Part shown: piece by piece, positions 1 through 10,156 of the stretch
Layout of the letters: every line of letters begins with the position of its first letter
How positions within the stretch are numbered: position 1 is the stretch's first letter
NCBI GenBank assembly: GCA_030655395.1
Contig: JAURVQ010000083.1
Span: forward strand, 3,907 to 67,906
Length of the DNA: 64,000 nucleotides
Source: Gammaproteobacteria bacterium
GTDB taxonomy: Bacteria; Pseudomonadota; Gammaproteobacteria; SURF-13
Direction: 5' to 3'
Made by a program: the position numbers and the translations under genes
The notes under the pieces: generated by a model
What the model saw: only the letters and a program-made list of their open reading frames with translations
Database searches by the model: none
Told to the model about the DNA's origin: nothing

Positions 1-1474
1 GCGTTCCAATGCTGGGGGTGTAGTCGGAATCAGCAATGGCCGTGCCGTCGCTGGTGGAGTAGTCCACTGAAATCGCGCCTTCGCTGCCGCCGGTGCGGGT
101 TACGGTGATGGTGGCGCTGGCGCCGCTTTCGTCTACGCTGTAATTCGCCGCGCTGAATTGCAATGCGCCGGCGATGCCGGAGTTATAACGCGCGAGCGCG
201 AAGTCGCGGCTGAAGCTGCTGTTTGAGGAGTATCCGGCCGCGACAATCCTGCCGTCGCTTTGCAGGGCAACAGCACGCGCTTCGTCGGAACTGAAAAAGT
301 TGGTCATGACTTTCCCGTTTACGCCGAAGTCGATGTCGAGACTACCGTCAGCGAGATAACGCGCAAGCCCAAAATCCGCCCTGGCAATACTATCGCGGGC
401 AAGTCCGGCGGTTATAATCTTGTAATCAGACTGTATCTTGACGCTGTATGCGGCGTCGGGGCTGCCAAAGAAATCCGTGGTGAGCATGCCGTCGGCGTCG
501 AAGCTGATATCCAGACTGCCATCGGTGTTGTAGCGAGCAAGCGCAAAGTCGCTTGCGCCAGAGGGGCCGGCAAGCCCGGCAGCGACGAGCCTGCCGTCCT
601 GCTGCAGAGCCAAGGCATAGGCTTCGTCTGCACCACCGACGTCGGTAACCACCTTGCCGTCATTATCAAAAGTAAGGTCCAGGCTGCCGTTCTCATTGTA
701 GCGCGCCAGGGCAAAATCAGTATCCAATCCATTCGATGCTATGCCTGCCACAACAATCTTATTGTCGGCCTGAATCACCAGCCCACGCGCTTCATCCAAA
801 CCTCCGGAGAAATCGGTGGTCACCTTGCCTGCGGTACCAAACAAGGTATCTAAACTGCCATTGGTGGTGTAACGGGCAAGGGCGAAGTCACCTATTGTGC
901 CGATGCCCGCTGTGCCTGCAACGACAATTTTCCCGTCGGGTTGCAAGGCTATTGCGTAAACCCCGTCTCGACCACTGAAGAAATTCGTGGTGACCTTGCC
1001 GCTTGAGCCGAAAGTTGTGTCCAGGCTGCCGTTGGGGAGATAGCGTGCAAGGCCAAAATCTATGCTGCCACTGCTACCTATGACAAACCCTGCAACCAAG
1101 ATGTTGCCGTCCGGTTGCACAACGATAGCGCGCGCCTCATCGGCGCCGCTAAAGAAGTTGGTGGTAAGTTTACCGTCCCCGCTGAAGCTGGTGTCCAGGC
1201 CCCCGGTGCTTAGATAACGGGCAAGCCCGAAATCAGTGTCTCCCGTGGCAGTTCGGCTCAATCCAGCAGCGAGAATTTTCCCGTCGGCCTGCACTGCAAC
1301 AGCATTGGCCTCATCCACAAAGCCGGCAAAGTCGGTAGTCACCTTACCGTCAACATCGAAAGCTGTATCGAGCGTGCCCCCCGCTGCATAGGAATAGGAA
1401 GCAGGCATGGCGAGCAATAAACACGCTGCCATCCCAGCCATTGCTACCCTGTATCGCTGTGCTTGTTTTGTCAT
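1..1474 (-). CDS. Secreted delta-60-repeat (TIGR02608-like) protein, ~57-aa units 'DFALARY..DGSLD.SFG..GKV.TDF' x>=8; signal peptide MTKQAQRYRVAMAGMAACLLLAMPASYSYA; C-terminus runs past window start (partial)
   Basis: Own translation of minus strand: ATG at 1474, ~171-bp DNA periodicity visible as repeated blocks; not in ORF track because no stop inside window. Confidence 0.6.
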   Translation of the reverse strand, partial: MTKQAQRYRVAMAGMAACLLLAMPASYSYAAGGTLDTAFDVDGKVTTDFAGFVDEANAVAVQADGKILAAGLSRTATGDTDFGLARYLSTGGLDTSFSGDGKLTTNFFSGADEARAIVVQPDGNILVAGFVIGSSGSIDFGLARYLPNGSLDTTFGSSGKVTTNFFSGRDGVYAIALQPDGKIVVAGTAGIGTIGDFALARYTTNGSLDTLFGTAGKVTTDFSGGLDEARGLVIQADNKIVVAGIASNGLDTDFALARYNENGSLDLTFDNDGKVVTDVGGADEAYALALQQDGRLVAAGLAGPSGASDFALARYNTDGSLDISFDADGMLTTDFFGSPDAAYSVKIQSDYKIITAGLARDSIARADFGLARYLADGSLDIDFGVNGKVMTNFFSSDEARAVALQSDGRIVAAGYSSNSSFSRDFALARYNSGIAGALQFSAANYSVDESGASATITVTRTGGSEGAISVDYSTSDGTAIADSDYTPSIGT

Positions 1475-1586
1475 TTATGTGGACTCCAGCTAGGTTGTCA
1501 AAATTATAGCATTTTCTCTTTTGGCGGGAAGCAAAACACACAAGCATCGGGCCAGCAGACAGCGGTTACCCTATAAGTAATTGATT

Positions 1587-4500
1587 TTACGGCCTTTCAG
1601 AGGTATACAAAAATTGCACCTCACGTACGTACTCCGGGTTCTTGTTCCTGGATGTGGCGAAGTCCCCCGTTCCGGTGGCGCCGTCGCCGGCGACAGTTCC
1701 CTGACCCACGAGGGGGCTGTCGTCAAGCGCCGAAGTGACATTGAGCGTACTCCATTTAGGAGTCTCTGAAACATTGTAGCGCTCCAGGATAAACTGGGGG
1801 ATATCTATGGCGGCGTTGACTGTGGCATCAAGATCGGGGTTAGGGGAGATGCCATTGGCGAAGGTGACGGATGCATTGTAGGAGGTAAAGGTAGGGGGGG
1901 AGAGGCCGATGCTTAGATTTGGATTCTGCAAGCCCCAGTAACGGTTTGCACTGGCGGTAGCATCAAGATTAGTGGAGGCTCCGATCTGAGGGTGATCGAA
2001 TTTAATGGCATAGGCTCTTAAGCTTCCGGCGACACTGATTGAGTCAAAGGTCACGACCAAGGGGGCATATACAGGGTTGGCTGTCGTACCAAGGTCGCCC
2101 ACTTCGAACGTGCGGCTGATATCCGAACCCGCTGGGAAAAATTTTGTAAGGCCCCCCCCCACGTGACCGCTGGCGCGCGTCACGTTGCCGGTACTTGAAA
2201 TAATCACACCCGGCGTGGTAGCAGTCGGATCCATGCTGAGGATTCCGCTCACCAAATCAAGCAGCTTAGTAACAATGACATCGAAATCGAACATGCTAAC
2301 CCCTGAGGGTGTCGTCGCATCCGTATTATTTATCGTGAGATTGTAAAAACTCGTCGAACTCGCGGGAAGAAAGGTCTGCAGCGCGGTACCGTTGAAGACG
2401 ATGGTGCTATCGCCCGCAGTGAAGGTGCCGTCCTTGGTGAAGTCGCCACTGATGTTATGGATCAATGAGGCTGAACCGGCATTGAATGTGGACGAAAGAT
2501 TGATGATAAAAGTACCGATAGTCAGTGCCGTATTTGCTGTAACGCCGGATGCGTGGGTGTTGGCGATGGTGAGTGAGGTAAACGTCGTGGCGTTGCCGGA
2601 GATTGTCTGTCCTGCGGCGGTGCCGTTGAAGGTGAACACTCCCGTGCCGGAGTTGAAGGTACCGCTATTGGAAAAGTTGCCGGCCAGATTCACGGTCGGA
2701 TTGTTCGTGGCCGCGCGTGTCGTACCGGTTCCGAGTGTGAAATTGCCCGCGATGGTGGTCGTTCCGGCAGCCATGGTTTTGGTGCTGCCACCATCGAGAA
2801 TGAGATGGCCGTAGGTCAGCCCGGAGGCAATCGTCTGATTTCCACCCTGAAAGTTCACGGTGCTGGTGGCGCCGAAGGTGCGTGTGGTGAAGCCGGTCGG
2901 GATGTTGGTAGTGCCGGTCAGGTTAAAGCGGGCACCATTGGCGACCTCGAAGGTTGTTGCGGGACCCACATGCACGAATCCGCCGTTGTTCAGGATGCCG
3001 CTTTGCACGCGCAGGTTGCCGAGGACTCTGGCCGCCGAGATCGCGGCACTCAAAGTGGCGCCGCTCGCGCTGGTGTTGTTCACATGCAGATTGCGGTAAT
3101 TGATGCTGCTTACGCCGATTGGAATGGTCTGCGCTACTGCTCCATTGTAGTTAAATATGCTCGTCGTACCCGGCGTCAATGTGCCCACTGTGGCCGTAAA
3201 CGCGCCGGCGAGATTGATGGTTCCCGCGCCGGTTATAGTGAGCAGATTGCTGGCGACGTTGCCGGTAATAAACACCAGGTTGCCGGCGATGTTGAGCGTG
3301 CCGGTCGAGAGGGTGATGCTGGCGATGAAAGTGGCGGTCGTGCCGGTTCCGCCCAGTGTTACGTTGCCTCCGGCGGTCACCGTGTTGGCACCGATAGCCA
3401 GGACATTGGTAGCGGCGGCGTTGGGTCTGTTCACCGTGACGCTCCCTGATGTCGTGAGGGAGGCTCCTGTTCCGGTCAATGTCAGGCTGCTGGGACCGGT
3501 GACTGGGGTCGCATTGCCAATGGTGACGGACGCAGCGCTGGCGGCGTAGCTGGCCGGGATGGTGACTGTGCGCCCGGTGGCGGTCTCACCGATAAACACG
3601 GCGCTGCCGCCATCGGGTATGCCTCCCGCCCCGGCGCAGGTCCCGGCCACGCCGCCGGAGGTCGAGGCCCACGTCGTGGCGACGTTCCAGTCAGCAGTCA
3701 ATGGATTCACGGCGTAGCAATTGGCGGCGGGCGTGAACGGTGAGCCGGTCGGCACCACGCCCGGGGTGGAGAAGTTGCCGTTGCTGTCTCTGGTAAATAT
3801 CCGGTAGTGGTAAGCGGTGCCGTTGGTAAGGCCAGTGTCGGTACACGTCGTGGCCGGGGGCAAGCCCGTGACGACGCACCGCACCTCGCTTGTGCCAACG
3901 GTATTGCCGACAATGTACGTGGTTCCTTCAACGGGCGTGTCGGCGACAGGGCCCGCCGTGCTCCTCAATACCACGATGCTATAAGCTACGGTCTCCACAG
4001 GACTTACGGGATTGGCCCAAGTAAACACGACTTGCGCATTCCCCGCCGTTCCCGACGCGGCGGTGACATCCCCCGGAGACAGGTTGTCTATCGTCACCGT
4101 GGTGCCGGCGGTGTCGGTTCCCTCATTTGGATTCGTACCGGTCCATGAGTTTATTTTTGCGGTGACCAAATAGGTGGATCCGGGCGGCACCTGCATGGCC
4201 GCATGACTTTTCGGCGTGATGCGGATTTTGTACTGGGTTAAGGTCGTGGTGGCCGTGAGCGTATTGGTGGACAGCGTGATCGTCGGTGTATCGCTGGCGG
4301 GATTGGCGACCGAACCGTAAACCGTGGTGCCGGCATCGTTGGTGATTTCCACCAGACTCAACCCGCCGGAGGAGCCCACCGAGAGCCCGACCACGGCCGC
4401 CGTGATCACATCCGTGCCGGTGCCGGTCTGGAAGGTAAACGCATCTGCCATGGTCGCTGCGCCGCCGGGCGCGAGGGGGGCTGCGGGCGGTGCCGGGTCG

Positions 4501-5297
4501 GCGCCGTTACCGAGGCGAGTGCCAAAGGGCTTCAGTGCCAAAGAGATTGCACCTTTAAACGAGGTGTTCGCTAGCGTCACGGTTGTGTTGGCGTATGCTG
4601 ATGCGCTTGCTTTAACACCCGTTGCCATACAATGCCCGCCCCCAAGACCGGCGGTATTGGTGTTGTCTGTCCGTTCTGTCAAGCTTGTCAGGTCGGCATT
4701 TGCTCCAAAGGAGCATTGGGCAGTGCTAGTGCCGTTGAAGCTTGTAGAGGTTATGAGGGCAACCAGGGTTTCGGCTACTGTCGTTGTTGATCCGGGGATG
4801 GCGCCCGTCGTATCGTTAGCAGCGCCATCGTTACCGCCTGCGCCGGTATCCCAAGGATTGCCAGAAGTTGTGACGTCCAAGAAACAATGAATCTGGCCTG
4901 TTGTGTGGTCTCCTGAGTCTGCGACGAGTGGCGCCGTATCGCCGCCCACTGTGCGCTTCCAGAATAACGCTAACCGGGAAGCCGGGTTTGTAGCAGCTGT
5001 GCCAGCGAACTGTGGGGACCATGTGGGTACTTCAGCAAAACCATTCGCCGTCGTTAGTGAGATCGCCTGGTTCTCCGACTCCACAGCGAGCAGGCAAACA
5101 TCGTTGGCCGCCATACTTGCCGGATAGGGTGGCGTGATAGTTCCTACTCCAGCCGTAAAAGTACCCGAGGCTCGATATGCCGGCGCGGCTTGTACTTCGT
5201 TCACCTCGGCCAAGGCAAACACCAGCATCCCCAGCAACAAAAAGGACCAGAAACGCGGTCTTTTTAAGGCTGGCATCGCTGACAGTTTGGCGGGCAT
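1587..5297 (-). CDS. mshQ: MshQ-like large pilus-associated adhesin (1236 aa from ATG at 5297; signal peptide MPAKLSAMPALKRPRFWSFLLLGMLVFALA; FN3-like segment and long Gly/Thr/Asn beta-helix-like repeats)
   Basis: ORF 1587..5552; internal ATG with hydrophobic signal; size and last position in msh operon match MshQ. Confidence 0.5.
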   Translation of the reverse strand: MPAKLSAMPALKRPRFWSFLLLGMLVFALAEVNEVQAAPAYRASGTFTAGVGTITPPYPASMAANDVCLLAVESENQAISLTTANGFAEVPTWSPQFAGTAATNPASRLALFWKRTVGGDTAPLVADSGDHTTGQIHCFLDVTTSGNPWDTGAGGNDGAANDTTGAIPGSTTTVAETLVALITSTSFNGTSTAQCSFGANADLTSLTERTDNTNTAGLGGGHCMATGVKASASAYANTTVTLANTSFKGAISLALKPFGTRLGNGADPAPPAAPLAPGGAATMADAFTFQTGTGTDVITAAVVGLSVGSSGGLSLVEITNDAGTTVYGSVANPASDTPTITLSTNTLTATTTLTQYKIRITPKSHAAMQVPPGSTYLVTAKINSWTGTNPNEGTDTAGTTVTIDNLSPGDVTAASGTAGNAQVVFTWANPVSPVETVAYSIVVLRSTAGPVADTPVEGTTYIVGNTVGTSEVRCVVTGLPPATTCTDTGLTNGTAYHYRIFTRDSNGNFSTPGVVPTGSPFTPAANCYAVNPLTADWNVATTWASTSGGVAGTCAGAGGIPDGGSAVFIGETATGRTVTIPASYAASAASVTIGNATPVTGPSSLTLTGTGASLTTSGSVTVNRPNAAATNVLAIGANTVTAGGNVTLGGTGTTATFIASITLSTGTLNIAGNLVFITGNVASNLLTITGAGTINLAGAFTATVGTLTPGTTSIFNYNGAVAQTIPIGVSSINYRNLHVNNTSASGATLSAAISAARVLGNLRVQSGILNNGGFVHVGPATTFEVANGARFNLTGTTNIPTGFTTRTFGATSTVNFQGGNQTIASGLTYGHLILDGGSTKTMAAGTTTIAGNFTLGTGTTRAATNNPTVNLAGNFSNSGTFNSGTGVFTFNGTAAGQTISGNATTFTSLTIANTHASGVTANTALTIGTFIINLSSTFNAGSASLIHNISGDFTKDGTFTAGDSTIVFNGTALQTFLPASSTSFYNLTINNTDATTPSGVSMFDFDVIVTKLLDLVSGILSMDPTATTPGVIISSTGNVTRASGHVGGGLTKFFPAGSDISRTFEVGDLGTTANPVYAPLVVTFDSISVAGSLRAYAIKFDHPQIGASTNLDATASANRYWGLQNPNLSIGLSPPTFTSYNASVTFANGISPNPDLDATVNAAIDIPQFILERYNVSETPKWSTLNVTSALDDSPLVGQGTVAGDGATGTGDFATSRNKNPEYVREVQFLYTSERP

Positions 5298-5298
5298 G

Positions 5299-5763
5299 TT
5301 ATTCCGGCGGTCCATAACGGTTGGAGACGGTGGCTTCGAGGCGGCGGCTGGCATAGTCCGGGTTGCCGAAGGCGCCGTATTCGGCGGTGCTGGTGAGGAC
5401 AAGAACGTTAAAGATATTGTTCCCGCCGCCAGGGGTGCCGCCTTCTCTGTGGCGGCTGTAGCTGCAGGTAATCGTAATGTTGATGTCAGGCAAAGAGGCA
5501 TCGGTGAACGTGGACGTGGAATTCGTGCATGGAGACAGCAGCGGTACAGCACTGCCGGCGGGGGTATTCACCGCGCGATTTATGGCCCATTCCAGCCCGC
5601 TTTTGGCGGCATAATAGGTGCGCGCGGCAATGACGGCATGGCTCGTGGTTGCTTGCTGCACGCCGCTGATGGTGACCATGTAAACGCCCAATGCGGCCAG
5701 CACCACGAGCAGAAAAATGGCGCTTATCAGGGTAAAGCCGGAGCAGCAGCGGGCAGCACTCAC
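5299..5763 (-). CDS. MshP-like pilus biogenesis protein (N-terminal hydrophobic prepilin-like segment GFTLISAIFLLVVLAAL)
   Basis: ORF 5299..5763; position between mshO-like and mshQ-like. Confidence 0.5.
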   Translation of the reverse strand: MSAARCCSGFTLISAIFLLVVLAALGVYMVTISGVQQATTSHAVIAARTYYAAKSGLEWAINRAVNTPAGSAVPLLSPCTNSTSTFTDASLPDINITITCSYSRHREGGTPGGGNNIFNVLVLTSTAEYGAFGNPDYASRRLEATVSNRYGPPE

Positions 5764-6773
5764 CGGCTGTTCTCCACCAATACCTGATGCAAGAGCCGCA
5801 CCGTGCCGCCGGTCGTGTCGGAGAGGGTTAAATCGAGTGTTACAAGGCCGTATCTACGCACCGAATTGAAATCGCTGTTAATCGTGCAGGCGCTGACCTG
5901 GGCAGAGACGGGTGCTTTGATCACCCCGGGCAGCGCATCCAGCGTGGCTGCCGTGGTGGGTTGGGCACTCTGAATCGGGTAGTTGGCATAGCGGGTGAGC
6001 GTGCCCAGGGAAGGAGTGGTGCTGTTGGGCACGCACAGGTAAGTGACGGGTGTCTCGATGACGTACAGTCTTTGGTTGGGGCTCGCGCCGGCTGCGCTGG
6101 TGCTAAATCGGTGGAAGACCGCAGTACCTACAGAATTTCTAAAACTAATATGTGTTGCGCCCACGCTTCCAGGGATCGGGGCGGCTACATCGGTACCTGT
6201 CGCGGTGGTCGAATAATTAATCACGAAATTGGTTAAAGGAGTAATCACCCCTGTAGTTGGTGCTGCGCCACCCGCAGGTTCATAGGCGGAATTGCCCGTT
6301 GTCCCACGGTTGTTGATCACCATTCTGTGGGTCGCACTGCTGGTGCCAAGGGGGGGAAGGGGGACAATATGCTGGAAGAGTCTGTGAATATCAAACTGAT
6401 CATCGCCGGCGGCGCCGAATGAAAGGGCTTGAGCGGCGCCTGTGTTGTCGTTATTTATGCCGCCGCCGGTCGTGTCGCGGTACATCGCCCCGTCAATCAC
6501 CGGCAGCATCTCGAGGGCAAAGCCGCTGACAGTATTGATGCGCACGCTTTTGGGCAGCGCGTTGCGCATCTCGCGCGCCATCTGGCGCAGCGCGCTTTCG
6601 GCGTTGTTCACCAGCAGGGCGCGACGGGTGAGGTCTTGATAGCCCTCGATGGGGCGGGTGATAAACACGGCGGCGAGCGCCAGCATGATGCCGGAAATAA
6701 CAAGGGTGAAGACCATCTCCACCAGCGTGAAGCCAGAGGGGCGCGGTGATGCTGGGTGTGTTATGCGTGTCAT
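5760..6773 (-). CDS. MshO-like prepilin-type protein (GFTLVEMVFTLVISGIML)
   Basis: ORF 5760..6773; class III signal motif G|FTLVE. Confidence 0.55.
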   Translation of the reverse strand: MTRITHPASPRPSGFTLVEMVFTLVISGIMLALAAVFITRPIEGYQDLTRRALLVNNAESALRQMAREMRNALPKSVRINTVSGFALEMLPVIDGAMYRDTTGGGINNDNTGAAQALSFGAAGDDQFDIHRLFQHIVPLPPLGTSSATHRMVINNRGTTGNSAYEPAGGAAPTTGVITPLTNFVINYSTTATGTDVAAPIPGSVGATHISFRNSVGTAVFHRFSTSAAGASPNQRLYVIETPVTYLCVPNSTTPSLGTLTRYANYPIQSAQPTTAATLDALPGVIKAPVSAQVSACTINSDFNSVRRYGLVTLDLTLSDTTGGTVRLLHQVLVENSR

Positions 6774-7474
6774 GATGCTGGGCAGGTCTCGCCCAGTTTT
6801 CCTCCGACACCGCCGACACCGCAGAGATAGTTGGTGCGGTAGGCGGTGAGCGGTATGTCGATATCGGAAAAATCATCGTGCGTGACGCGCACCGTGATGC
6901 GCAGCACGCGTATGCGTACCGGCGGCCCCACCGTGTTGGCGACGAGGTTGGCGGTAGGGCCCAGCGTCACGCCGCTGCTCACCACGGCGGCGAAGACGTT
7001 ATAGCGTTCCAGCCCGGCGATGGTATTTCCCTGCCGGTCGCAGACGCCACCGGTAGGAGTATTGCAGCCGTTAGTGGCTACGCTGCCGCTGGTACTGTCG
7101 AGGTTTGCATAATCGCAGACGTTGTTATAAGCGGAGCGCCCGGCCACTTCCCGGGGAGGGCAAGCGGTGGGATTTAAAAACTTCTGCGCCAGGATTTCCT
7201 CCATATACGACTCGGCAATCAGCAGCGCCTGTTGGCGCAGCATGGGGTCGGCGCTGTGGCTGCTGGTCATGCTCATCACCAGCAATATGCCCGACACGGC
7301 GATGGCGACGATGACGATAGAGACAATCAGCTCGATGAAAGTCACGCCGCGAGCGTTGGCGTAACGCTGCCCGCCCCCATTCCTGCCGTCCCTCTTGCGG
7401 GGGCGGGGGGTGAGGTTGTTTTGAGTCATAAAAAACTTGTTCATGGCGCGGCTACGAATCCAGTCGCCCCCCAA
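6770..7474 (-). CDS. MshD-like minor pilin (GVTFIELIVSIVIVAIA prepilin motif)
   Basis: ORF 6770..7474. Confidence 0.55.
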   Translation of the reverse strand: MGGDWIRSRAMNKFFMTQNNLTPRPRKRDGRNGGGQRYANARGVTFIELIVSIVIVAIAVSGILLVMSMTSSHSADPMLRQQALLIAESYMEEILAQKFLNPTACPPREVAGRSAYNNVCDYANLDSTSGSVATNGCNTPTGGVCDRQGNTIAGLERYNVFAAVVSSGVTLGPTANLVANTVGPPVRIRVLRITVRVTHDDFSDIDIPLTAYRTNYLCGVGGVGGKLGETCPAS

Positions 7475-7893
7475 ATGGCGAACGATCTGCTGCCTACGGT
7501 GACCGTCGCCGAGCTGTTGGAAATGGTCGGCACGGTGCCGTAGGCGTCAAACACAATGGTGGTGGGATTCATGTTGAGTGTGATTCCGTCCGGCGCGTTG
7601 CCGATGAAGTTTGCGAATGTGCCGGGGTTGCGCACTGGCGCGGTGCCGTTGCTTTGCGTGAGCGCGAAACTGGTGTTGGTGACGACGGCAAACCGGACGG
7701 GGAGGCCGCTGGTGACGGCGTATTTCTGGGCGAAACGCGCCGCGGCGGTGACTTGATCGTAAAAACCGCGTTCATCAATATCGCCTTTGTTGAAAAAGCG
7801 CGGCCCGGCCACTGCGGCAAGGATGGCGCTCAGGATAAGCACCAGCACCAGTTCGACCAGTGTGAATCCGCTTGTTGTTTTATGATCGATCAT
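7441..7893 (-). CDS. MshC-like minor pilin (GFTLVELVLVLILSAILAA)
   Basis: ORF 7441..7893; prepilin N-methylation motif. Confidence 0.55.
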   Translation of the reverse strand: MIDHKTTSGFTLVELVLVLILSAILAAVAGPRFFNKGDIDERGFYDQVTAAARFAQKYAVTSGLPVRFAVVTNTSFALTQSNGTAPVRNPGTFANFIGNAPDGITLNMNPTTIVFDAYGTVPTISNSSATVTVGSRSFAIWGATGFVAAP

Positions 7894-8079
7894 GGGTAGG
7901 TAGCCAATAAAACATTTCGCTGCCGCTCGACCCCCTTTGCAACCAAATCCCCCTCGCTGCCGCTCGACCCTCCTTTGGAAAGGGGGTGGCCGCAGGCCGG
8001 GGGATTTTGGGCCGCGCCGCTGCTAGTGTTGTCGCTTCGCTTCGCTGAGATTAAAGCTCATTAATTCCGAAGCCATATG

Positions 8080-10113
8080 CTAGTTTAGACTCACGCCGGA
8101 TTTTGCGGCAGGCCCGGATATTTGCGGGGCGGTGGCGGCAGGTACTACCACGCGCCTCATGTTAAATCTTTCGAGAATGCCCTCGACGCGTGTTTCGATC
8201 CGGCGGGCCTGCGCCGTTTCGCCCGCCTGCTGGCGCGCCCGGCGCGTGAGTTCATAGTACTGCAATATGTCCGGTGTTCCAAAATACCAGTAGCGCATGC
8301 CGTCTTCCAGCAGTTGTTTGGCCTCGGGTGTCTTGCCGCGACTGAGCAGGAGTTGCGCGTAGGCCGCGCGCGCCTTGTAAAAGCGCGGGTCGAGCGTGAG
8401 CGCCGTTTGATATTCCGTACTCGCGAGATCAAACCAGCGTTCTCCCGCGAGACCGGGGTTTTGGTGATAGAGCTGGCCGCGGGTGAGGAAAATCTGCGCG
8501 CGCAGCGCGTTGAGCCGTTGCGCCTTGGCGAGCAGTTCGAGGCTGGCGGCGTAGAGCAGCTTCCTGTCTTCGCGCGCGGCCTCGGGCAGTGCCGCGAGCA
8601 GGTGGCGGAACAGGTCGGCGTAGGTGTTCAATACATTGTCGGCCAGCGGCGAGAGGCGGGCGGCGCGACTCAGCGCGTCTCCCACGGCTTCCAGTTTCCC
8701 TTCCGTGGATAGGCGCAGGGCCCGTTGGTAGTAGTAATCCGATGCGGCCTGCGTGGCAAAATAGCTCAATGGAAACAGCGCGAGCAGTACCACCAGCGTA
8801 GAATACGCCCGCTTTCCAACCCAGGTGGCGGGGTGCAGGCGAAGCTGGCCTGCCCCCAGCACTCCTGCGGCGAGCTGATGAAAGCGCCCCAGCACCACGC
8901 CCGCGAGAATCAGCGTGGGCAGCACATAGAAATTGAAATTGAAAAAACTGTGCGCGGCGATGGCAAACAGGCCGGCCAACAGCCCGGTGATTTCGACGCG
9001 CGTTTCCGATGTCGTCCGCGCATTTTTAATCACGCGCACAAACAGCCACAGCGCCGTGCCCAGTACGGCAAGCAAGAGCAATATCCCGGGCAACCCGGTC
9101 TCAATCCAGAGTTGCAGATAGTCGTTGTGTACGTAATAGCCGCCGCTCTCGTCGGCGGGATCGCGCCACGGCGGCCACGCGAGCCAGAATGTGCCGATAC
9201 CGGTGCCGAGCCAGGAGGCGCTTTTCAGCATCTCCCACGCCTGCTGCCAGATGATGTAGCGATCCGCCCCTGCGCTCGCCGGGTTGAATAATACGGCTTG
9301 CAGCCGTCCTCCTCCTCCTTCCTCTCCCCATGTCACGTTAGCCAGCAGGTAGGCGCCTGCTACGAGCATGAGCAGCGCCCAGATATTTCGTCTCGGCGCA
9401 TGTCCCCATGCCATCCAGACCAGCAGGCCTAGCCCCAACGCAAAGCTCAGCAAGGCTCCGCGGCCTTTGGTGAGCGCAAGGGCGAACAACAGTAAAAACA
9501 GCAGCGCGCCCATGATTTTGGCGCTGCGTACACTCGGGCGTTGCAGTAAAAAATAAGCGGCGGCGGGCAACACGATGAGATTCAGAAACGCGGCGTGCGA
9601 ATTAATGTCCAGAAATACCGAGCGCGCTATGTCGTGCTGCACGAACACCCGATAAAGTGCCCACACCGCAAGCACCACGCCGGTGAGCAGTGCCGCGCGG
9701 GAGAGGAAGTGCCAGAGCCGGTTCTGGTCTTGCGAGAGCGTGTAAATCCAGAACACGAGCGGTAGGCTGCCCACGATCCAGAAATAATTGATGCCGATCA
9801 GTGGCGCCGGATGCCAGACGAGCGAAAGCCCAAGCCAGAGCCAGAACAGGGTGAGGCTTAACGTCAGGCCGGTCTTAGGGAAATGGAGCCCGTGGGTGTA
9901 GCTCTGCCAGAGGACGCAGGCAAGCCAGAGATTCAGCAGTGCGAGGCTGGCAGTGAAGCACTCCACCCGGATGCCGTTGAAGAAAAGGGAAAAAATAAGC
10001 GCAGCAAGAAAAAGGGCCGCGCAGAGCAGCGCCCCATGGGCAAAGGATATCCGCTGCGTGTGTGTTCCCACTGAGGCTGATGTGTTTGCAGCCGTACAGA
10101 ACAAGGGGCGCAA
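8080..10113 (-). CDS. O-antigen ligase (Wzy_C)-family polytopic membrane protein with C-terminal TPR repeats; candidate pilin O-oligosaccharyltransferase (TfpO/PglL-like). Start uncertain: no ATG in first ~190 codons, likely GTG/TTG start near 10071-10113
   Basis: ORF 8080..10113; many TM helices then TPR-like C-terminus (YQRALRL..., AYAQLLLSRG...); embedded between mshA and mshC-like. Confidence 0.6.
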   Translation of the reverse strand: MRPLFCTAANTSASVGTHTQRISFAHGALLCAALFLAALIFSLFFNGIRVECFTASLALLNLWLACVLWQSYTHGLHFPKTGLTLSLTLFWLWLGLSLVWHPAPLIGINYFWIVGSLPLVFWIYTLSQDQNRLWHFLSRAALLTGVVLAVWALYRVFVQHDIARSVFLDINSHAAFLNLIVLPAAAYFLLQRPSVRSAKIMGALLFLLLFALALTKGRGALLSFALGLGLLVWMAWGHAPRRNIWALLMLVAGAYLLANVTWGEEGGGGRLQAVLFNPASAGADRYIIWQQAWEMLKSASWLGTGIGTFWLAWPPWRDPADESGGYYVHNDYLQLWIETGLPGILLLLAVLGTALWLFVRVIKNARTTSETRVEITGLLAGLFAIAAHSFFNFNFYVLPTLILAGVVLGRFHQLAAGVLGAGQLRLHPATWVGKRAYSTLVVLLALFPLSYFATQAASDYYYQRALRLSTEGKLEAVGDALSRAARLSPLADNVLNTYADLFRHLLAALPEAAREDRKLLYAASLELLAKAQRLNALRAQIFLTRGQLYHQNPGLAGERWFDLASTEYQTALTLDPRFYKARAAYAQLLLSRGKTPEAKQLLEDGMRYWYFGTPDILQYYELTRRARQQAGETAQARRIETRVEGILERFNMRRVVVPAATAPQISGPAAKSGVSLN

Positions 10114-10131
10114 AACTGCCCCTCGTTCTGT
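10096..10131 (-). terminator. Strong 14-bp-stem hairpin (acagaacaaggggc/gcccctcgttctgt) immediately downstream of major pilin gene; no clear U-tract
   Basis: Direct reading of inverted repeat. Confidence 0.4.
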
Positions 10132-10156
10132 ATGTCTTAATTTCCCGGGAGCGAGT

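Noticed and set aside
260-853. 197-aa plus-strand ORF at window start
   Set aside because: It lies antisense to the delta-60 repeat gene. The repeat periodicity and the signal peptide support the minus-strand reading.
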